Position numbers and translations under genes: made by a program. A stretch of 64,000 nt of DNA from Macrostomum lignano (taxonomy: Eukaryota): contig NIVC01003389.1 in assembly GCA_002269645.1 (NCBI GenBank), positions 36,061-100,060 on the forward strand, written 5' to 3'. How positions within the stretch are numbered: position 1 is the stretch's first letter; each line of letters opens with the position of its first letter. The notes beneath the pieces were generated by a model that made no database searches, was not told the DNA's origin, and saw only the letters and a list, made by a program, of their open reading frames with translations. Below, in pieces: positions 55,257-64,000 of this stretch.

Positions 55257-56199
55257 TTTCAGCCAGTTGTATTTATTTTTTACTCAGGCAAGTAGGGCTT
55301 CGGTGAAACCTAAATAAATGCTTTTACTTGACACTGCTTACATTGGGCCATAGAATTTCGTCTTTTAAGAAGTGCAAAAAGAACTCCTTGGTTTGAAAGA
55401 GTAAATCTTAGTTTCGAAAGGTGTAAATCAGTTGATGCATTGTAAATTGAAAACATACATAAAAATCGTTGCTTTAGGCCACTTTCGATCTGGCAACTCA
55501 ACTTTTGCTTGCAAATCAACTTACATTGTTAACCACTGAAACTATAGTACACCTTTTCCGTTGAATTTCAACAAAACTCGCTTTCAATTTCAGCATATTT
55601 TGGCGCGCTTTTTTAGTGTACTGTATCAATCTTGAACAGCCCCCTCTTAAACTAACAACAAATAATGTAACTGCCTGTGGCTCTCTATAGTATCTCTCTT
55701 TAAACTGAGTGCTGCTCTCCTCGAAGTTCGCTACTAGAAAACAGCATACACTGATTTTTAAATAAACAGTAGCTAAATAAAGAATTCGAATGTCAGCTTG
55801 CCGATATTGAATGCGAGTTCTGTTGAAATTGAGTGGAAAAAAAGGTACATTTAGCGTTTGCTTGGTTACCAATGTTTTCAGTTTTCTTATTTTGGACAGT
55901 GCCTGACGTCAAGATAAGAATGAGACGAAAAACAGCGCACCCACCTCATAAAGTCGCAACTCTCTGTGAGAAGCTTGAATCAAAAAGCAGCAAGTGACTT
56001 GGAAACTGATACGAGCGTGAGAGGAAATCTGTTGCTGCAAAACATCTGGCCGAATCGAAAGTGAAATAAACAAACTTGTCTTGCACCTGTTTGGTCACGG
56101 CTTGTCCTTAAACTCGTGGAGTGTCCAGAAGATTTAAAGCTTAACCGGACTTGACGGATCAGCGTCTGTCCGTCAAGTCCGGTCGATTGACTTGTGCGC

Positions 56200-56486
56200 T
56201 TGTAGCTAAAAAGCTAAAAATAGAGCGTACACGACTTGTAGGTCGGGGGTTCAATTCCCGAACAATTTGTGTCCTTGACAAGACACTAAACTCTGCATTG
56301 CTTCGGTTCACCCAGCTGTAAAATGGGTGCCAGCATTAGCTGGGGTTATTGAGGGTGTGTGGCGACCCCCTCCCCAGTCCTTGGACTGAACAGCCGTACG
56401 CAGCCTTCAGATGCGCTGCGCAATAGCTGCGGCTGAGCTGACGGTTGCATATCCATACCCATTAGTGCAGGTGTAATCAATAAAAA
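56200..56486 (+). mobile_element. Second copy of the CORE-like tRNA SINE
   Basis: Body nearly identical to 39000-39240; degenerate A box. Confidence 0.8.
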
Positions 56487-57460
56487 TTGAGAAGGTTGCT
56501 GGAAATCTGGCAGACGTAAGTGGGAGCTGACGAGCTTTTTTTAATAACATGCAGCTTGTTAAGCTGATGCGAAGATGAACGAGACGCCCAAGATGTGATT
56601 ACTGTATTATTTGCACTGCCCTGGCTCAACCTGGCTAGATAAATACAGGTGCAACTGCACGGCAAAGGCAGGCAGGTAACTAAGGATTTACTCTTTAGCT
56701 CTTCAGGCAATAAGAATTTCCTCAGGGTTCCATCTCTCATCTAGTCAGCTCGGGTGGGGGTCCCAGTTAGGGAAAACAGGCTCTTGTTCGAAGCAAGCCT
56801 GCTTGTAGAAGTGCCCGCATGGAATCGGATGGCACACCTGTTGCTTCAAGCTCGCTCTCCTACTGATTAATACTTCACTACCAGCGGCTGCACCTGATGC
56901 AGACACAAAACTGCAGCCTGACAATCGGTTTACTCGGAGGAATTATCATTTCTGCGCTAGAACTCTGACGTAGCTGTATAGCGCTGATGTAGCATCTGTT
57001 TTAAAAATGTGCAGCTGGATTATCATAAATGGCTGATGATAGAAGTAAATAATTATCAGCGGATTATGCGCAGGAAACTGGTCCTGCAGAATCCAATTCC
57101 ATGAAAGCAGACTGTTCCGTCTTCATCATGTCCTCGGATTCAGACAGTCTGTCTGAAAAAATGGATTGACAGTGGGATATTCAGCTCAATTTCTGAGGCG
57201 GAACTGCGGGAACAGGGATTCGCTCTTTTCAATTTTCCATTTCATTCGTGCTGAATTCAACGATAGAAGGAAATGCATTCAGTTTAACAGTCTGTCCCTG
57301 ATTATCACGGAAAGCTGGCTCGGAAAGAAACAGAAAACTAATTTGAAATTTTGTTCACACGAAAGGGCAGTGTAGTTTGAAGCAGCAGTTTCTTTGAGGC
57401 ATGGACTGATGAACTTCGAATCGTTACCTATCTCAAAATCATAGGACTACCGACTTACAG

Positions 57461-57871
57461 ACTCACTCAGCTCATTCTCTTACTGACTCACTCAACTCAT
57501 TCTCTTACTGACTCACTCAACTCATTCTCTTACTGACTCACTCAGCTCATTCTCTTACAGACTCACTTAACTCATTCTCTTACTGACTCACTCAACTCAT
57601 TCTCTTACTGACTCACTTAACTCATTCTCTTACTGACTCACTTAATCAGTCAGTCAGTCAGTCAGTCAGTCAGTCAGTCAGTCAGTCAGTCAGTCAGTCA
57701 GTCAGTCAGTCAGTCAGTCAGTCAGTCAGTCAGTCAGTCAGTCAGTCAGTCAGTCAGTCAGTCAGTCAGTCAGTCAGTCAGTCAGTCAGTCAGTCAGTCA
57801 GTCAGTCAGTCAGTCAGTCAATCAGTCAGTCAGTCAGTCAGTCAGTCAGTCAGTCAGTCAGTCAGTCAGTC
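57461..57871 (+). repeat. 25-bp minisatellite (ctcattctcttactgactcactcaa) followed by a (CAGT)n microsatellite from ~57645
   Basis: Visible arrays. Confidence 0.95.
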
Positions 57872-58409
57872 GTAAAATCACTCACTTTGATTAGCATTAT
57901 TTAGTAATGTCTCACTAAGTGCAAGTGTCCAGAACTAAGCTTTAAAGTCACTTTCTGTTAAATTTTCTCAGGTAAAAATCTGAGATGAAAAATCTGGCAC
58001 GGCCTTGGGAAGCTCTGGCGTAGAAGCGACACCGCCTGCTCCACCATAAATTTCTACGTGTTTCGCTTCATCCCGTTTTTTACTGTGGCATGAACAGATA
58101 GAGAAATTTCAGAGCAGCTTCTCACACACTGCTCACGGTAAGCGAAGAGGCACCTCAGGGCCCGATCTCGCCAATCCGAGCTGCTCGATCGCTGATTGGC
58201 CTAAACTCCGAGTTGCGTCTTCAGTATGAAAATCTTCAAATTGATGTCAGAAGCCTGCTGAAGAAAATCTGACGCTTGTTGTTGGGAATTTTCTGCCCAC
58301 ATTCAGAACTAATTGCTGAGCCCATTGCAGGTAAAATTGTTCGTTGACTGTTGTTGTTTTTCTTTTTAAAGTATTGATATAATGACATTTATAATAAATT
58401 AATATATCG

Positions 58410-58622
58410 GCGCATCTGAAGGCTGCGTACGGCTGTTCAGTCCAAAGGACTGGGGGGTCGCCACACACAACCTCAATTACCCCAGCTAATCCTGGCACCC
58501 ATTTTACAGCTGGGTGAACTGAAGCAATGCAGATCAGTTAAGTGTCTAGCTCCAGGACACAGATTGTTCCGAGTGGGTCGAGAATCGAACCCCTGATGCT
58601 CTGACCACTAGGCTACAACCCC
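58410..58622 (-). mobile_element. Third, 3'-truncated copy of the CORE-like tRNA SINE
   Basis: The reverse complement matches the SINE head (ggttgtagcc..ggttcgattctcgaccc) and the CORE-like body. Confidence 0.8.
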
Positions 58623-58978
58623 TAGGTGATTTACGTAGAATCCAATTATTAACAGCTTCTCGCTGGAAATGCATCATCGAGATTGGAAGTTTTACCTCGT
58701 TTTCGACTGTCTCACCAGCTGCATTTCTGAATTCTAATGAAGCAATCATATGTGTTTATCCCCGTTGGTTCACAAGTCAAACGCAGTTGTGTTTTCTAAA
58801 CTGGTTTTCGCAAAGATTTGCTTTTTTTCAAAGCAACTTGACTAAGATATGTTTCATTTGCTATTCGGAAGTCCAGAAGCTGAGATATTGTCAGTTTAGT
58901 GCTAACCTAATTAGAAACCGCCTACCTAACCATCAGAGTCCTCGCTAAAACCTACCTTCAGCTTCAGGCCAATTCTCC

Positions 58979-60169
58979 ATGTCAGAAGGGAGCATCGGTA
59001 TCCATGGTAACGAGAGCCGCAGTGAGGCGGCCTGGGCCGGCGGCCCGCTGTGGATGCGCGCGCTGATCATCGCCAGCTACGCCGTGATCGGCTGTCTGGG
59101 CACCGCCGGGAACGCTCTGGTGGCATTCGTTGTTCTTCGAAAGCACAGCATGCAGACAATCACTAACTTGTTTATCACCAACCTGGCCGTCTCCGACATC
59201 ATCATGAGCGTCGTGAATGTGCCGCTGACTCCAGCGGCAATCTTCATGAACAGCTGGACTCTGCCCACCGCCCTGTGCAAGCTGATGCCCATGACCATGG
59301 GGGTCACGGTGTATGTCTCCACCCTGACCTCCACCGCCATCGCCATGGACCGCTACTTTGTCATTGTCCACCCGTTCGTCCCCCGGATGCGCACCAGCCT
59401 CTGCGTGCTGGTGGTGGCCGTGGTCTGGATAGTCGCCATGCTCATCAGCGCCCCGATCGCCGTGTTCCAGAGGACCAAAGCCTCGGACGATCGCAGCCGG
59501 GTGAGCTGCGTGGAGGACTGGAAGAGCGAGTACCGGGCCGTGTTCACCGTGATCAGCTTCGTGCTGCAGTTCCTGGCTCCCTGCTCCGTCATCACCGTCT
59601 GCTACGCCAGAGTCAGCGCCAGTCTCAGCCGTCGCCATCGAAGCCACATGGCGGCTTGCCGATCGCGCATAAAAGAGGCCATCGACATCAAGAGGAAGAG
59701 ACGCACGAACAGGATGCTGATGGCGATGGTGCTGATATTTGTACTGAGCTGGATCCCGATAAACCTGCTGTGGTTGGCCAAGGACACGGGCTTAGCGGGC
59801 GAGCACACCTTCCAGTGCTTGTTCTTTGTTTGCCACGTGCTGGCGATGAGCTCGGTGATGTACAATCCGTTCCTATACGGCTGGCTCAACGCCAACTTTC
59901 AGTCGGAGTTCCGCAGCCTCCTGCCGAGCTGCTGCAGCCGCCACCTGTCGGCCATGGCAGTTGATCCGGCGGCCGAGACGGCTGCTGACGCCAAGGCTGG
60001 CCTGATGGACGAAGCCGCTCCGACGCCGGGATCCATTGATCTTCCGGATGCTAGGAGGCTGGAGGCGGTGCCGCTCTCGCTGATGCGGCCGTCCCAGCAG
60101 ACTGAGATGGAGCGTTCTGAACAGTTTACAGATCCCTTGCTCAGCGAGAATGGAGGTTCCAGCAAGTGA
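58979..60169 (+). CDS. Intronless class A GPCR, neuropeptide Y/sNPF/PrRP receptor-like
   Basis: GNALV, TNLFITNLAVSD, CKL..AIAMDRY, WIPINL, MYNPFLYGWLNANF; seven hydrophobic segments. Confidence 0.92.
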   Translation: MSEGSIGIHGNESRSEAAWAGGPLWMRALIIASYAVIGCLGTAGNALVAFVVLRKHSMQTITNLFITNLAVSDIIMSVVNVPLTPAAIFMNSWTLPTALCKLMPMTMGVTVYVSTLTSTAIAMDRYFVIVHPFVPRMRTSLCVLVVAVVWIVAMLISAPIAVFQRTKASDDRSRVSCVEDWKSEYRAVFTVISFVLQFLAPCSVITVCYARVSASLSRRHRSHMAACRSRIKEAIDIKRKRRTNRMLMAMVLIFVLSWIPINLLWLAKDTGLAGEHTFQCLFFVCHVLAMSSVMYNPFLYGWLNANFQSEFRSLLPSCCSRHLSAMAVDPAAETAADAKAGLMDEAAPTPGSIDLPDARRLEAVPLSLMRPSQQTEMERSEQFTDPLLSENGGSSK

Positions 60170-60349
60170 CCTCGGTTGTAATTGCCGGTTCTCTGCTCGG
60201 GATGCTCCTAGTAGACTGTGAACATTCAACACCTTGGATATGGCTTTGACTTTTTATAGACATAGCTTTGCTTGATTCTGTTGCTGTGTTTCCGTGTATC
60301 AGTATGATTTGTACTTGCAATACTGAACACTTGTTCGCAATACCTTCAG

Positions 60350-60610
60350 TACCCAATAACTGTTACCTGCTGTACCCAATTACTGTTACCTGCTGTATCC
60401 AATAACTGTTACCTGCTGTCCCCAATAACTGTTACTTGCTGTCCCCAATAACTGTTACCTGCTGTCCCCAATAACTGTTACCTGCTGTACCCAATAACTG
60501 TTACCTGCTGTACCCAATAACTGTTACCTGCTGTACCCAATAACTGTTACCTGCTGTACCCAATAACTGTTACCTGCTGTACCCAATAACTGTTACCTGC
60601 TGTACCCAAT
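60350..60610 (+). repeat. 23-bp minisatellite (ccaataactgttacctgctgtac)
   Basis: Visible tandem array. Confidence 0.92.
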
Positions 60611-60949
60611 AGCTGATATCTGCTATACCGCATACCTTTTCACAATACCTGCACTTGCTAGTTCATGATGACTATGCATCGTGCCGAAAATTTTTCAGTC
60701 AACTCACGCTAACAAAAATATTCAGATTTTCAGTTGAAAAACTACACAAAAATATTGCTTATTCAGCCCTTAATGTACTTTACGAAATTTTCCTACTAAG
60801 ATAGGAACATCGTAACTTTTTAACACAGCCACATCTTGTCCCCATGATTAAATGTATAAATAATTTTATCAATTTCCCTCGTCATTAGACGCCTTTGAGT
60901 GACGCGTCAACTTTATTATTGACTTGTTCTACGTACTTCAGCTCTGCGG

Positions 60950-62735
60950 ATGACTCGGGGACGAGCGTCCATGACTCGTGGATGAGTGTCCATTACTCCA
61001 GGGATATGGGTGTCCATGAATCGGAGATGACAGTGTCCATATGACTCGTGGATGAGTGTCCATTACTCCAGGGATATGAGTGTCCATAACTCGGAGATGA
61101 CAGTGTCCATATGACTCGTGGATGAGTGTCCATTACTCCAGGGATATGAGTGTCCATAACTCGGAGATGACAGTGTCCATATGACTCGTGGATGAGTGTC
61201 CATTACTACAGGGATATGAGTGTCCATAACTCGGAGATGACAGTGTCCATGACTCGTGGATGAGTGTCCATTACTCCAGGGATATGAGTGTCCATTACTC
61301 CAGGGATATGAGTGTCCATAACTCGGAGATGACAGTGTCCATATGACTCGTGGATGAGTGTCCATTACTACAGGGATATGAGTGTCCATAACTCGGAGAT
61401 GACAGTGTCCATGACTCGTGGATGAGTGTCCATTACTCCAGGGATATGAGTGTCCATAACTCGGAGATGACAGTGTCCATGACTCGTGGATGAGTGTCCA
61501 TGACTCGGGGATGACAGTGTCCATGACTCTTGGATGAGTGTCCATGACTCGGGGATGACAGTGTCCATGACTCGGTGATGACAGTGTCCATGACTCCAGG
61601 GATATGAGTGTCCATGAATCGGAGATGACAGTGTCCATGACTCGGGAATGAGTGTCCATGACTCGGTGATGACAGTGTCCATGACTCCAGGGATGACAGT
61701 GTCCATGACTCGGTGATGACAGTGTCCATGACTCGGGGATGACAGTGTCCATTACTCGGTGATGACAGTGTCCATGACTCGTGGATGAGTGTCCATGACT
61801 AGTGAATGAGTGTTCATGATTCATTATGGATGAGTGTCCATGACTCGGGGATGACAGTGTCCATGACTCGTGGATGAGTGTCCATGACTCGGGGATGACA
61901 GTGTCCATGACTCGTGGATGAGTGTCCATGACTCGGTGATGACAGTGTCCATGACTCGTGGATGAGTGTCCATGACTCGGGGATGACAGTGTCCATGACT
62001 CTTGGATGAGTGTCCATGACTCGGGGATGACAGTGTCCATGACTCGGTGATGACAGTGTCCATGACTCTTGGATGAGTGTCCATGACTCGGGGATGACAG
62101 TGTCCATGACTCGGTGATGACAGTGTCCATGACTCGGGGATGACAGTGTCCATGACTCGGTGATGACAGTGTCCATGACTCGTGGATGAGTGTCCATGAC
62201 TCGGGGATGACAGTGTCCATGACTCTTGGATGAGTGTCCATGACTCGGGGATGACAGTGTCCATGACTCTTGGATGAGTGTCCATGACTCGGGGATGACA
62301 GTGTCCATGACTCGTGGATGAGTGTCCATGACTCGGGGATGAGTGTCCATGACTCTTGGATGAGTGTCCATGACTCGGGGATGACAGTGTCCATGACTCG
62401 GTGATGACAGTGTCCATGACTCGTGGATGAGTGTCCATGACTCTTGGATGAGTGTCCATGACTCGGGGATGACAGTGTCCATGACTCGGGGATGACAGTG
62501 TCCATGACTCGGTGATGACAGTGTCCATGACTCGTGGATGAGTGTCCATGACTCGGGGATGACAGTGTCCATGACTCGTGGATGAGTGTCCATGACTAGT
62601 GAATGAGTGTTCATGATTCATTATGGACGAGTGTCCATGACTCGGAGATAACAGTGTCCATGGCTCAGGGACGAGTGTCCATGACTCGGAGCTGAGCTTT
62701 TATGACTCGGGATGACAGTTCCCATGACTCCGGAA
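60950..62735 (+). repeat. Compound ~19-21-bp minisatellite (gtgtccatgactcg + gatga/gatgaca variants)
   Basis: Long tandem array; source of the MDTVIPESWTL ORFs. Confidence 0.95.
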
Positions 62736-64000
62736 CGATTTTTATAAAAATTTCCTTTTCTCAGTTTAAGGAACACTGGAAGTTACGCTGTCATCAAAAC
62801 GGAGCACTCGCTATTAGTGTAAAACACCGCCAATTAATGGTGGTCCTGTTTCAGTATTGCAGTTTTTGAAATCAGGAGCCTTCGAAATTTACAAGAAGTT
62901 CCCGACCCACATTTATTCAATATAAGACGCACGGAGGCACGCCCAGACACACTAAGACATTCAAAGACACAGCTAAAACACATTAAATCTGAATACACAT
63001 GTTTACACGCTAAGACACATATACTGACACATGCTAGGACACACCAAGACACGCTAACACAACACTAAGACACACATTATGAATCCAAACTATGAATCTA
63101 AGACTGGATCGGATCAGGCGACCCAGCAATTTCATTAACTTCAATTGTCTCAGGCGAACAAATTGTCTTCTAATTCACCATCACACCCTAATCTCTCTCA
63201 AGGAGCAGTGCAGCGGATAATCTCTGAGCTTTAATGACTTTCCAATGACCTTGCGAGACGCTGATTATCAGTTATGATTTATGAGCAGGATCACGAACTG
63301 AGACACATTTGCGTCATTAGCGAACTAATGAGCGAGTCCGTGGAGACTGCAATGCAAATAGAATTTGAACTTTATTCAAATTTTGCAATAATTTTTCCAT
63401 GAAAAGAGCGTTCCTATCCAGAAAGTTTTAATTTAAGGAAATTGGAACTAATTAGGGTACAATAAATTTGGGCATTGCAAATGTCAGCCCTAAAAAATCT
63501 TTTTGAAAGCAAAAGAATGCATCGAAATCAGGTGGCTTTCATAGCTGGCATCGTTCAATCATAATTGATAGATTGGCTCTCCAGAAATGGTGTATTTTTC
63601 AACTGGCCACAATAACTGACTGCACAGAGCTGGCTGCGGCACTCGAGTCAAAAACCTCAATCAATCAATAAATCAAGAAAATTTATATGCATTTAGAAAA
63701 GTGATGAAAATATAAATATGAATATAACGCGTATTATATAATCACTATCTAGCATAAATTCGATATTGAAATAGTGAACGAGTTCGTTTCATGTTCTCGG
63801 GCTGAAAATTTGTTTAACTGAGAACGACGTTCGACTGGATAATTTAAAATCAGTCTATGGGCCATTCTCTGACGCTACTGAAACGCATTAAATATGCACT
63901 GGCTATTTATTTGTATATAACTGAATATTAGAAAGCTTTCCTCATATCAAAAACGATTTTATAAAAAAAAAACAGCCACCAAGAGCAGACAGACGGACAG

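Overview
Eukaryotic, intron-containing genomic DNA with GC-rich exons and many different 15-60 bp minisatellites. This pattern suggests a Macrostomum-like free-living flatworm (inference only). From left to right: (1) A CEP135/Bld10 centriole gene whose 5' part occurs twice, about 5.15 kb apart, on either side of a 548-N gap; this is probably an assembly overlap. (2) A single-exon BAP18 (C17orf49) orthologue with an added RGG and acidic tail. (3) A full-length 15.5-kb Polinton/Maverick (adintovirus-like endogenous DNA virus) at 18757-34286. It has AGTAGT...ACTACT ends, ~155-bp TIRs and a perfect ATTGGC target-site duplication, and encodes integrase, minor and major capsid proteins, a basic core protein, adenain protease, packaging ATPase and pPolB. 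Unusually, it also encodes a two-repeat TATA-binding-protein (TBP)-like protein, hidden by a frameshift, and a tandem PC4/Sub1-like protein, i.e. a possible virus-borne Pol II initiation or ssDNA-binding module. (4) Three paralogues of an unassigned helical protein with a single hydrophobic segment (one intact, two disrupted), with a divergent alpha-SNAP and a CORE-like SINE between copies 1 and 2. (5) A secreted F-type lectin gene with a possible PAN exon, a low-complexity orphan gene, two more SINEs and an intronless neuropeptide (NPY/PrRP-class) GPCR. All homology calls come from motif recognition by eye; no searches were run.
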